NCBI GenBank assembly: GCA_000004695.1
Contig: CM000152.2
Coordinates: 5,248,001 to 5,312,000 of the forward strand
Length of the DNA stretch: 64,000 nucleotides
Direction of reading: 5' to 3'
Origin: Dictyostelium discoideum
Lineage: Eukaryota
Shown here: positions 1 to 13,000 of the stretch, in pieces
Numbering within the stretch: position 1 is the first letter of the stretch
How the letters are laid out: the number at the start of each line of letters is the position of its first letter
Translations under genes and position numbers: made by a program
Notes under the pieces: model-generated
What the model was told of the DNA's origin: nothing
The model's database searches: none
What the model saw: only the letters and a program-made list of their open reading frames with translations

Positions 1-39
<39 letters not shown>

Positions 40-62
40 TTTGTTTGTTTGTTTGTTTGTTT
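1..62. repeat. Tandem tetranucleotide repeat: (TTTA)n followed by (TTTG)n.
   Basis: Directly visible: ttatttattt... x11, then tttgtttgttt x5. Confidence 0.9.
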
Positions 63-123
63 AAAAATATTTTTTTGATTTAATTATTTATTTATTTAAT
101 TTTTTTTTTTTTTTTTTTTTTTT

Positions 124-1332
<1,209 letters not shown>

Positions 1333-1512
1333 TTTATTTTGTAATAATTATTTATTAAAATTAAAAAAAAAAAAAAATTTGATATTTTAGATTATTAAAA
1401 TCTAAAAAAAAAAAAATTTATTTTAACATATTATTATTTTAAATTCCAAAAAAAAAAGAGTAGATCGACCAAATATCAAGATATTTTTTTTTTTTTTTTT
1501 TTTATATTAATA

Positions 1513-1559
<47 letters not shown>

Positions 1560-1749
1560 CAGATAAGAGTGTTGAATTTGAATTTATTTAAATAATTTAT
1601 TTAATTATTTATTTTTATATAATTTCAAAAATCTATTTACATTTATGTTCATATTAAAATTTATATATATATATTATTTTTTAAAAAAAAGGTATTTGAA
1701 TTGTTTTTTTTTTTTTTTTTTTAAGTTGTGTTATTTTTGTTGTTTTTTT

Positions 1750-2385
1750 TTAAAAAGCTCTTGCAGTTGGTGAACCAACAATACCTTCTTTTGATTTTAA
1801 TTTTGGAGAAGATGATAATTTCAAATTATCTTTTTCAATTTGTTGATGAAGGGAATGTTGAGTTGAGATTTGTTTTGGAGAGAAATTTACTTTAATTGGA
1901 TGAACATGATTGTTACAACTATAGTCAATATGAGTTGAATAGTCTCTTGATTTTGACAAGATTGATGGATCAGCTTGATATTCTAATAATGGTACGATTT
2001 GTTGAATATTTGTCCATTTGAATCTTAATTCATCGATTGATTTCAATGGTTTTCCTGGCAAATAAGAGTCAACATTGCTAAAGACGAATGTATCATAGGC
2101 ATCATAAACACTATCACTAATGTAACCCAATAAACCACCACCACTTGAAATGACACTAAAGTCATGATCGACTTTCAATGTGAATTTAATATATGATCCA
2201 CTTGGGAAATTGTGAATGAATCCTTTCAATTCTCTAGTTACTCTTTCCAAACCTCTCATTTTAAAGATTTCTCTAATTACCATGACCATCTCTTTAATAT
2301 CTTTGGTTGATAATTGTTCTTTCTTTATAATGAAATCACCAGTCTTTCTTTTGAGTGAAATTGATGTAGTGTAAATATTATTCAT
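1750..2385 (-). CDS. Conserved-looking hypothetical protein (211 aa), function not recognised
   Basis: Clean ORF with normal (not low-complexity) composition. ATG at 2385-2383 lies in an A/T-rich context and the gene is flanked by A/T deserts. No domain recognised by eye. Confidence 0.45.
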   Translation of the reverse strand: MNNIYTTSISLKRKTGDFIIKKEQLSTKDIKEMVMVIREIFKMRGLERVTRELKGFIHNFPSGSYIKFTLKVDHDFSVISSGGGLLGYISDSVYDAYDTFVFSNVDSYLPGKPLKSIDELRFKWTNIQQIVPLLEYQADPSILSKSRDYSTHIDYSCNNHVHPIKVNFSPKQISTQHSLHQQIEKDNLKLSSSPKLKSKEGIVGSPTARAF

Positions 2386-2645
2386 TTTTTTTTATTATTT
2401 TCTTTGGTTTTAGTTTTTTTAAAAAAAAAAAATTTTAATTCTTGGAATTTACTTTTGAGGGAAAAAAAAAGAGAAAAAAAAAAAAAAGAAAAATATGTTA
2501 ATAATTATTTTATTTTAGGTAATATTAGAAATTATATTTGGAATTTTTATTTTAAGAAGAAAATATAAAATAAAAAAAAATAAAAAAAAAACTAAAAGAA
2601 TTATTAATAGTAAATAAAATAATTACATTATATATGTAATGTTTT

Positions 2646-2694
<49 letters not shown>

Positions 2695-3108
2695 TTTATT
2701 ATTATTTAATTAAACTGCTATTGTTTCTACTGTTATTGTTAATAAAAGATTAAGATATAAAAAAATTGTGTCTGTATAAAATAAATAATAAAATGAAATG
2801 AAATGAAAAAAAAAAAAAAAAAAAAGTCACTTAAATAGAATTATTTGTTGCTGAGGTTTTTTTTTTTTATTTTTTTATTTTTTTATTTTTTTTTTTTTAC
2901 TATTTTTTATTATTTATTTTATTATTTTTTTAAATTTAATGAAATGGGTGGAAATTTAAAAATAATGAAATTGAATTATATTACACACCAACACAATTTG
3001 CTTTGTATTTAATAAAAAAAAGAAGGGTTACAAAAATTTTAACTAATCAAATTAGGGTAATTGTGCCTTTTGGGGGTATATTTTTTTTATTTTTTTTTTT
3101 TTATTTAT

Positions 3109-3143
<35 letters not shown>

Positions 3144-4277
3144 CAATACCACACAATAATAATAATTAAAAAGTTTTGTTTTTTGTTTTGTTTTGTTTTG
3201 TTTTTTTTTCCCATGTGAAATTGTTATTAGCAATGTTTAAATATGAAAAGATAAAAACAAAAATATTATTACTTTTTTTATATATGTTTTTCAATTTATT
3301 GAATTTATATTGTAAAATATATTAATTATGGTGTGTATAAAAATTATTATATATAAGTGAGTGTGAATATTGTGAAACTATTTACTATTTTCATTAAAAA
3401 AAACCCCATCCTTGTCATGTAAATTTAATCTTTAATTCCAATTAGTATACAAATTGTTGTTGTTGCTTTTTTTATATTAATTTTTATATACTATTTTTGT
3501 ATTTTTTGATATGATGACACATGTGATTTAATATGTAGTAGTATGGTAAAGTTTGAAATTTACTTTCACTACCTCCAATATGTTTGGGGTAAAAAAAAAA
3601 AAAAATAAAAAATTAAAAAAAAAAAAATAAAAAATAAAAAATAAAAAAAAAATAAAAATTTTACTACTATTTTAAGATATAATTTAATTATTCTGTGTTA
3701 TGTTGTTTGTTTTTTTTTTTTTTTTTTCATGAATTGGTATGATGGTATAAAAATGGGAATATATTGAAATTTTTTAAAACTAATCATGATTATATTATTA
3801 AGTTTTTTTTTTAATTGACATAGAATAAAAAAAAAATTTAAAAAAAAAGGGACATAACGGAATAGTTACAACTATTATTATATTGGTTATAACATTTTTT
3901 TTTTTTTTTTTTTATTTTATTTTTAAAATTTATTTAATTTTGATTACTTTTTTTTTTTACCTTTGTGCAAAATATTTTTATTTTTAAATTACAATATAAG
4001 AATGCCCGTATTTATCCTTTTTCTTTTCCTTGTTTTTTTTTTCTTTTTTTTTTATTTTTTTTTTTTTTTTTTTTTTTAATTTGAGGTTTTTTTTTTTTTT
4101 TTTTCAAGATTTCAGTTTTTAAAAAAAAAAATAAAAAAATATAAAAAAATTCCTTATCAGGAATTTTTACTAATATAGAACACCAATAAAAAAATAATAA
4201 TAATAATAATAATAAAACAGAAATCCTATGACAAAAAAAATCGGAAAGGATGGTTTGGTGATACTATTACACCGTTA

Positions 4278-4320
<43 letters not shown>

Positions 4321-5353
4321 TTTATAAAAAAAACATACAATGAAATAAAATATATAAGAATAAATTAATAGATGATCATTAAATAAAAAAAACATTATAT
4401 TTAAAAAAATAAAATAAAATAAAATAAAATAAAATAAAATAAAATAAAATAAAATAAAATAAAATAAAATAAACAAAATAAAAATAAAATAAAATAAAAA
4501 ATAAGTTAAAAAAAAAAAAAATAATAATAATTGAATAAATAAATAAAAGATGGAATGAGATAAAATTTCCTAACAAATAAATAATTACCTTTTTTCTGGT
4601 AAAAGATTTGGATGACAAATAAAAACTTTTTTTTTTTTTTTTTTTATGAGGAGAAAAAAGAAATTTTAAAAAAAAAAAAAAAAAAAATAAAAATAAAATA
4701 AATATTAAAATTTTGAAATTTCCCCATTCAATTTCGGAAATAAAAATCTAGAATAGTCTATTTGAAACGACAACCATTTTGATTTTAATAGGCATTTCGG
4801 CTTGAGTGGGGAATAAAATTTACTTTTTTTTTTTTTTTTTTTTTTAAAAAAATATTATTTTTTTTAAAAAAAAAAAAAAAAACTAATCACCAATCTTTTT
4901 GATTGTAAATTTAGAGAAAAATACCCTGACCTTCTTACAAACTTTTTTTGAGTTTTGAATTCATACCCATAAAAATTGTATTCATTGATTGAAAAGCCCA
5001 ATAATGATCATTATTTTTTTATTTTTAATAATTAAATTTAATTTTTTTTTTTTTTTTTTTTTTTTTGCAACACACCACCACAAAAATAGAAAAAAAAAAA
5101 AAAAAATTTGATAATAGAAAAAAAATTAAAAAATATAAAAAAAAAATAAAAAAAAAAAAAAAAAAAAATTTAAAAATAGAAATTTGTAAATTGAAATGAT
5201 AAATCATTTCCTTTACGATTTTTATCACCCAAAAATGAATAAATGATCACCCATTATTTTATTGTAAATTGTAGTTGGAGGAGTTGTTTTATCTTTTTTA
5301 AAAAATTTTTTTTTAATCGTAGTATGGAAAATAAAAAATATTACAAAACATTT

Positions 5354-5525
5354 TTAATTTTGAACTTCATTAGGAATAATATTATTAATATTATTATTAT
5401 CATCATTATTATTAATATTGTTATTACCATTATTATTATTAATATTATTATTAGGTTGCTCATTATTGTCATTGTTATTGTTATTGTTATTGTTATTGTT
5501 ATTGTTATTGTTATTGTCATTATTG

Positions 5526-5608
<83 letters not shown>

Positions 5609-5790
5609 TTGTTGATCATTTGGTCTATATGTAGGAAGGAGAGAGGTTAACATTGTCGAAAAAAATAGTACAATTTCTGATAAAAAGTCTTGTGGTCTTT
5701 GTTGAGGTTCTGCTCTTGGTTGTTGGTTTTGATTATTATTATTTTCATTGTTTATATTATTATTTATATTATCATTGTCATTATTATTTA

Positions 5791-5875
<85 letters not shown>

Positions 5876-5978
5876 TGGTTGTGGTTGTGGGTGTTGATTG
5901 TTATTATTATTATTATTATTATTATTGTTGTTGTTATTATTGTTTGGTCTTGGTAAAGGTGCAAAAAATATATTATAG
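5354..5978 (-). CDS. Possible exon 3 of UBL-domain gene (Asn/Gln-rich tail with a second hydrophobic stretch)
   Basis: Acceptor ccacaacAG|C at 5980-5979. AT+C continues in-frame into the 247-aa ORF as ...YNIFFAPLPRPNNNN...FLSEIVLFFSTMLTSLLPTY...IIPNEVQN*. The alternative is that the protein ends at ...ALYYM* (6066). Both splice junctions have the correct phase, which favours the three-exon model. Confidence 0.35.
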
Positions 5979-6069
5979 CTGTTGTGGTAAAATAATGGTT
6001 GATTAGTAAAAAGAATAATAAATATATATAAACGTAGGTTCAATAAAAAAAAAAAAAAAAAAACCTTAC

Positions 6070-6614
6070 ATATAATAAAGTGCAATGCAAACGCCAACAG
6101 TTATCATTCTTTCCATTGAACCACCTTGTAAAAACAATGCTAAAAAGATAAACTTTACAATATTTCTAAGATTAATTCTAAATACTCTGACTCTTGGTTG
6201 TGCTGCTGCTGGTGCTGCCACAGCTGGTGCTGCTTGAGGTTGAGCAGGTGCTGCTGCTGTTGGTTGTTGTCTTGGCTGTTGTTGTTGCTGCTGTTGATCT
6301 AATCTTTGTCTTATTTGTTGAAGAGCTTGAAATTCAGCTTGTAAATGTGCTCTGTGTTGTAAACTACCATGACGATGATGGTTCATTGGTTGTGGTCTTA
6401 AATTTATAAGTTCTTGACGATTTAATTGTTGTTGTAAATATAATTGTTGATTTATTCTAAGACATTGGTCAGTTTTACTTAATTTTTCTTTTGATGTATT
6501 TTTCGATGATGATGATGCTGAATCCCCATCTGATGATGGGAAATAATAAAATGATTCTGGTGAGTTTATAAAAGAGTTATTATTTCTTAATAAAATTATA
6601 TCCCTTTGTGTATT

Positions 6615-6615
<1 letters not shown>
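6070..6615 (-). CDS. Exon 2 of UBL-domain gene: Gln/Pro/Ala-rich region and a hydrophobic (transmembrane-like) segment
   Basis: Acceptor ...AAAAG|A at 6617-6616. Splicing AT+A restores the frame: ...LSL-I-NTQRDIILLRNNNSFINSPESFYYFPSSDGDS...QQQQQQPRQQPTAAAPAQPQAAPAVAAP...FLALFLQGGSMERMITVGVCIALYY. The 125-nt intron is >90% A/T. The exon again ends AT|GTAAGG (6069-6064), where the ORF track reads M-stop. Confidence 0.5.
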
Positions 6616-6659
<44 letters not shown>

Positions 6660-6740
6660 AATTTGTAAATTGTTAATAAAATATAAAGTTTTTTTTTTTT
6701 TTTTAAAAAATAAATAAATAAATAAATAAAAAAAACTTAC

Positions 6741-7100
6741 ATTAAACTTAATAATCTATTTAATGTATTTTGATCTAAACTTTCAATATCAATATTTAAA
6801 TCATTTAAAATTAATTTTGAATTTTCTTTTTTCTTTGATGAGTAACGTTGTAATTTGGTGAATTCTTGTTCTAAATATTTATGAGATTGTGAAAAGTGTT
6901 CTCTTAATTCGCTTAAATCTTTTTGATTCACATCATTTGAATCTTTATCGCTATCATTAATTGTATTGTTTTCATTTGCAAATGATTCTGCTATTGTTGT
7001 AGTTTGTAATGGTGATGATAATACTGGTGATGATGTAGATGATGATGAAGATGATGAAGGTGAAGCTGTTGTAGTAGTAGTAGTTGTAGTAGTTGTAGTT

Positions 7101-7132
<32 letters not shown>

Positions 7133-7651
7133 TGGTGATAATGATGGTGAAGTTGAAGAAGTAGCAGTAGTATTAGTATTAGTAGTTGTTGTTGGAAAAT
7201 TATCATTAAATGGATTTGGTATATTGAATGCATTTGAATATAAACCATTATTGCTATTGCTGTTACCATTATTATTACTATCACTATTATTTATTGTAGC
7301 ACTTGTTGAATTTGGTGATAATGATGGTGAAGTATTTGAATTTGAATTTACAGTTAAAGAATTTGGAGGTGATGGTGAAATTATTTTCTTTTTTAAAATT
7401 AAATGAATTGTATGAACAGATGAAGAGGTTGGTCTTTGTTTAAATACTTGATCCAACACTTGTTCATCTTCTAACATTTTACCTGCGAATATAAGCTTTT
7501 GGTCTGATATCAATGGTTTCTTATCATGTTGTTTGTTAATTATCTCTTTTAATTGATATACTGTACATGTATTATTTATATCCAATGATAAATGCTCTTC
7601 ATCTCCAAATAATACAATTTTAACTTGAACCAACTCCTCGTTGCTTGACAT
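6741..7651 (-). CDS. Exon 1 of ubiquitin-like (UBL) domain protein gene (Herp/HERPUD-like architecture)
   Basis: ATG at 7651-7649. N-terminus MSSNEELVQVKIVLFGDEE...QKLIFAGKMLEDEQVLDQVFKQ is a ubiquitin-fold (compare QRLIFAGKQLED), followed by Ser/Thr/Asn-rich linkers. The ORF track ends it at ...LSLM*, but that stop is ATG-TAA-GT, i.e. exon ...TTA AT|GTAAGT. The donor lies at 6740-6735 with phase 2. Confidence 0.6.
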
Positions 7652-7699
7652 TTTTTTTTTTTTTTGAATTTATTTTAAGTTTTTTTTTTTTTTTTTGTA

Positions 7700-7820
7700 T
7701 TTTTTTTTTGGTATTTTTTTTATTTATCTCTTTTTTATTTATCTCTTTTTTATTTATTATCTCTTTTTTATTTATCTCTTTTTTATATTATCTCTTTTTA
7801 AAATTTATCTCTTTTCAAAT
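7700..7820. repeat. Tandem repeat (~22-bp unit, tatttatctcttttt-like) in intergenic A/T desert.
   Basis: ttatctcttttttatttatctcttttttatttattatctc... is repeated about 5 times. Confidence 0.8.
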
Positions 7821-8429
7821 CAATTTTTTTTTTTTTTTAATTTAAATTTATGAAGAACCAAAAAAAAAAAAAAAATAATAAAAAAAAAATAAAAAAATAA
7901 AAAATTTTTAAAAAAAAAAAAATAAAAAAAAAAAAAATTTGTGTGACGATGGTGGTATCTTTTTTTTTTTATTATCCAGAAATTTTTATTATTTCCATTT
8001 ATGGATTTTTTAAGTAATCCAAATATGTGTTTGGTTTTATTTGAATGATAACACTTTAATAAATCCTTGATCAGAAAATCAATCTATTTAAAAATGATAT
8101 GTATTGCTTTGGTTTTTAATAATTTTTTTTTTTTTTAAGGATTTTTGATCAAGAAAAATATTAAAAATAAAGAAATAAAAAAGCGCCAAACAAACTGAGT
8201 TAGTTTTTTTTTTTATGATAAAATTTATTTTTTAAAATGGATTTGGTTAATTTCTTTAATTCTATTTATTTATTTATTTATTTTTTTTTTTATTTTTTTT
8301 TTTCTTTTTTTTTTTCTTAACATCACAATCACAAATATCATAAATTTTTTTTCTAATTTTTAATTTTTTTTTTCTTAATGATCATAAAAAAAAAATAAAT
8401 AAAGAATTTTAAAAAAATAATGATAGCAT

Positions 8430-8463
<34 letters not shown>

Positions 8464-8783
8464 ATAACAATTTTCATAATGCAAAATAATCCAAACAGAA
8501 ATAAAATAGATATTTTTTCATTTAACTTTTCAATTTTGTTTTTTTTTTTTTTTTTTTTTAAATTTTATCTCAAAAAATTGATTTTTTCACTTATTTATGG
8601 CAAAGGGGCAGTTAAACGTCTAACGAAAAAGATTTGGAAATTTATTTTTTTTTTAATTTTTTTTTTTTTAATTTGTTTTTTTTCAATTTTTTTTTTCGAG
8701 TTTTGTTAGATTCATTTTTTTAAAATTTTTTTTTTTTTTGTTAGAAAGTTAATCTCACAACTCTAATATATATATATAATAAA

Positions 8784-8850
8784 ATGAATAAGTTAACAAT
8801 TTTATTCTTAATTTTGGCTTTAATTTCAGTCATTTATGCTCAACACAAAT
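8784..8850 (+). CDS. Exon 1 (signal peptide) of secreted Gly/Ser-rich repeat protein gene
   Basis: ATG at 8784 gives MNKLTILFLILALISVIYAQHK, a classic cleavable signal peptide. The exon ends with 1 extra base (phase 1) before GTAAGT at 8851. Confidence 0.6.
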
Positions 8851-9064
8851 GTAAGTTATTTTCATTTTTTTTTTTTTGTTACTGTTTTGGAATTCCTTTT
8901 TTTTTTTTTTTTTACCAAGTGGTACGAAAAGACGGAAATTAAAATTTTTTTTTTTAAAAAAAAAAAAAAAATCAGAAAAAAGATTTCGGTGTTAACATTT
9001 ATTTAAATAATGGTTTTTTTTTATTTTCTTTTATTTTATTTTATCTTAATTTAAATCAATATAG

Positions 9065-9238
9065 TCCCATCATCATCTGAAGATTCATCATCAAATGATT
9101 CAAATAGCCAAGTAACTGGTTCACAATCATACTCTGGTTCACAATCCGATTCAAACTCAGGATCAGAATCCCACACAATTAACACCGGTTCATCATATTC
9201 TGGTTCTGGTTCTGGTTCAAGTGGTATTTCAGGCGGTT
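9065..9238 (+). CDS. Exon 2 of secreted Gly/Ser-rich protein
   Basis: Acceptor atAG at 9063-9064. The 174-nt length equals 2+171+1, preserving phase 1. It encodes PSSSEDSSSNDSNSQVTGSQSYSGSQSDSNSGSESHTINTGSSYSGSGSGSSGISGG. Donor GTAAGT at 9239. Confidence 0.55.
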
Positions 9239-9332
9239 GTAAGTATTCTTTAAATTCCTTAATAAGGAAAGAAAAAAAAAAAAAAAAAAAAAGAATTGTA
9301 GAAATTAACCAAATTCATTTTAAAAAAAATAG

Positions 9333-9470
9333 CTGGTTCAGGTTCAGGTTCAGGTTCAGGCTCAGGTAGCGGTTCAGGTTCAGGTTCAGGTGCTGTCAGT
9401 GGTTCACAATCAGGTTCAGGTGCTGTCAGTGGTTCACAATCAGGTTCAGGTGCTGTTAGTGGTTCACAAT
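9333..9470 (+). CDS. Exon 3 of secreted Gly/Ser-rich protein
   Basis: Acceptor AG at 9331-9332. The 138-nt length equals 2+135+1. It encodes (SG)n then 3x [10 protein letters not shown]. Donor GTAATT at 9471. Confidence 0.55.
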
Positions 9471-9543
9471 GTAATTATATTTTGAATTAAAATTAAAAAA
9501 TAAAGATATGTATTGACTCAAATTTTTTATTTTCTTATTTTAG

Positions 9544-9609
9544 CTGGTGTCCAAACTGGTTCACAATCAGGTGCTGGTAGTGCTTCAGGTGCTTTCACTG
9601 GTAACCCAT
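9544..9609 (+). CDS. Exon 4 of secreted Gly/Ser-rich protein
   Basis: Acceptor tAG at 9542-9543. The 66-nt length equals 2+63+1. It encodes SGVQTGSQSGAGSASGAFTGNP. Donor GTAAGT at 9610. The following intron contains a (TA)n microsatellite at 9640-9686. Confidence 0.55.
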
Positions 9610-9636
9610 GTAAGTATACTTTAAATATTTTTTAAT

Positions 9637-9689
<53 letters not shown>

Positions 9690-9759
9690 CAAGATAAATT
9701 AAAAAGCACATTGAAACTAACAATTAATTTATTATTACTTTTATTCTCTCTTTAAATAG

Positions 9760-9884
9760 CTGGTTCTCAATCTCAAGAAATTAATACTGGTTCATCATAC
9801 AGTGGTAGTGGTAGTGGTGCCCCAACTGGTGCCGCTACTGGTTCAGGTTCAGGTTCAGGTTCATCAGGAACAGTTTACTATTAA
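9760..9884 (+). CDS. Exon 5 (terminal) of secreted Gly/Ser-rich protein
   Basis: Acceptor atAG at 9758-9759. The 125-nt length equals 2 + 40 codons + TAA (9882-9884). It encodes [41 protein letters not shown]. All four introns are phase 1 and every exon has a matching length. Confidence 0.55.
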
Positions 9885-10025
9885 ATAAATTTTAAATTAT
9901 AACGAAATCATATTTTTCCAGTTTTCAAAACTTGGTCACGAAACAGTACTATTTCTTGACGATTTTTTATTTAATTATTGATGATACATTTATAGTTTTT
10001 ATAATTTTTTTAAAGAATTTATTAT

Positions 10026-13000
10026 TTAATTTTTAAAGATATAGTTTATATGATTTTGAATGATTTTTTCATTAACCATTCCTCCTTCATATGAGTTCAT
10101 TGATTGTAATAATTCTTTAGTTTTCTTTGAAACACCAAATCCATGACCCAAGTTATAAACACCATTGAGTCTATCTAATGAATGGAATGTTTTGAACTTT
10201 ATACATGATAGAATCTTTGATTGATTAATGATATTCTTCCATTGTTCATATTCAACCATTTCACATCCATATTGCTTTTCCAAGAATGAGAATGATGATT
10301 TAATTGATGAAACTTCACTATTTAAACTATAGATATTTAATTGATTTGAAGATGATTTATTCCAACATTTTTCATTTCCAATCATTTTAATTGTATTTAA
10401 ACCTATCCAACCAATTGGTGATGTTAATATGTTTTTATCAATATTTGGATACTTTTTAACTGCATAACATGATTGAATAATTAGTTGGAAGAAATCAGAA
10501 TCATGACCAATACCTGTTTCTTCATGTGAAAATATAATTGGTAGTCTAATTAACATTGATGGAATACCTCTTTTTGCTGCTTCTCTAAATAAATTTTCAA
10601 CAACTACTTTACTTTTCATATAACCACCTGGTAAATTATTAATATTTTCAATTGTTGGTATTACTGTTTCTTCATCAAATTCTTTACAATTTGGTGATTC
10701 AAAGAATACTGATATTGAACTAAATCCTACAATTGGTTTTTGATAATCACCAGTTGTTGAAAGTTTAATCAATTCAATTAAACCACCAATATTTACAACT
10801 TTACTCTCTTCATAATTTGATGCCAAATTAATATCGGCACCTGAATTAATTATTAAATTAATTTGGTTTGAAACAAAACCAAAATCTAATTTTGATAATC
10901 CTAATAATGGTGATGCTAAATTACCAACGATTACTTTAACTTTTGATAATTCAAATTCATTGTGAAAGTGATATAGTTTATGATGTTTCAAATTATTAAT
11001 TATTGCATTGATTGGATTTGGTTCTGATTTTTTATTTCTAATTAAACAATATACAACTGAACAGTTTGGTGATTTAATTAAGTTTGATAATAAATGAACA
11101 CCTAAAAATCCTGTTGCACCAGTTAAAAATACTTTTGAGTCATTTCTAAAATCAATTGGATTCATTTTAATTGCTTGAATTGATTCATCTAATTTCATTT
11201 CATTTCTCCAATATTCTAAACTTGGTGCTGAATCTTTTTTAATAATTTTTTTTGATTTTCCTTTAGTTTCATTTGAATCTAGTTTTTTGATTTGTTCTAA
11301 AATAATTTGAATATTTACTCCAATTGTATTATTTTGTAATTGTTGAAGTGTAATTACATTTGATTTATTTTCTTTATCAATGAAATTCTTTAATTGTACT
11401 GAAGTTAATGAATCTGCTCCATATTCACCTAAACGAATATCTGTGTTGATCTTTGATTGTTCAATTGATAAGAGTTCTGAAATTTTATTCAAAAATTTCA
11501 TTTGGATACTCTCTGAAATACTAATATTTTCACCACCATTATTATCATTATCTTTTTCCTTGATAGAATTTAAAATGAAATCTAATCTTTGGAAAGTTGA
11601 TGTTTCTGATGCGAATTTCTTAATTGAATCATAGTTAAATTTACTAACAATTAAATTTGAATATTTATTTGAATTTTGAAGTTGTAAATCTAATGAACCT
11701 AAAATTATATTTGTTGGAATTGGAATGAAACCTTGATCATCTAACATTTTTGAAACTGAATCATTTCTTGATACGAAACCTGATGATTTAATTGTTCCCC
11801 AATTTGTGCACGTTGATGGTAAACCAATTGATTTACGATATCTTGATAGTGAATCTAATACTAAATTTGCAGAAACATAAGTACATTGGTTGAATGAGCC
11901 AAATAATGATGCAATCGATGATGCCATAACAAATTGTTTTAATTTCCATGATTTCTCAATTGAGATTTCATGTAAATTAATTGCACCCATCGTTTTAGCA
12001 TTATGTGAAATATCTAATGATTCAATATCGATTTCTTCTACTTCTTTAGTTACTTGAGTGAACGCGTAATGGAATATTGAATCAATGTTATCAATATTTG
12101 GATTTTCTAATAAAATTTGATTAATTGATTTTCTCATTTCAATTGAATCACCAACATCTACGATCTTGAAATGGAACTTGGTGTTATTATCCTTTCTTGA
12201 TATTGTTTTATTGATTAATAGTTCTAACTCCCATTTTAATGATGATTTTGATAAAATGATAATGTTTTCAAATGATTCTGTTGGAGGTGAATATTTAATT
12301 AACCATTTTAAGATTTCTAAAATAATACCTGATTGACCTGTAATAATTATATTTTTACCAATTATATTTTTTGTATCAATTTTGAAATCATATTTTAATA
12401 TTGTATGATTCTTTTCATTGTTATCTGATTCAATGAGTTGATTTAATAATCCATCACTACCGATACTACCATTTGAACAACTATGATCTAATACAATTTT
12501 ACCAATATGTTTTCTTTGATTAATATATTCAATTGCTTCTTTGACATTTTCAATCTGGAATGTTGTTATCGGAATTAGTTTCACTTTGTTTTCATTTAAA
12601 GCATTTGAAATAGATTTTAATAATCTTGAAACTACTCTTTTATTAATATGCATAAATTCGATATTATGATAACTCTTGTTAAATTTGAAATTGTTGAAAT
12701 TTAAAAATTCATTGTTATTTAAATGGGTGATTGAGAGATCAATGATTTTACCTCTTTCTTTTAAACATAAAAAGTTTGAATGTGTAAATTCATTTGGTAA
12801 TGTATTTATAATTAAATCTACTCCGTTGAATTTACCAGTTGTACCATAAAGTTGATTTAATTTTGATTTGATTTCATTTACATAGTTTTTATTTCTTGAT
12901 GAATAAATTCCAGTTATGAATGATCCATAATTATCAATTAAATATTGTTCTTTATCTTTTGAACCTACTGTGACGAAAATTGGTGATTTATGACCTTTCC

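Noticed and set aside
3003-5228. Short poly-Phe/poly-Lys ORFs (3003-3218, 4267-4618, 5025-5228)
   Set aside because: They are pure homopolymer or A/T-repeat translations in an intergenic desert, with no protein-like composition.
5243-6409. Plus-strand ORFs 5243-5650, 5418-5615, 5653-6006, 5690-5956, 6194-6409, and minus 5341-5619
   Set aside because: They are antisense or out-of-frame shadows of the Asn/Gln-rich minus-strand coding region (poly-I, poly-L, poly-Y, poly-V).
6966-7406. ORFs 6966-7406(+) and 6991-7284(-) overlapping the UBL gene
   Set aside because: They are off-frame or antisense translations of Ser/Thr/Asn-coding repeats in the UBL gene exon 1.
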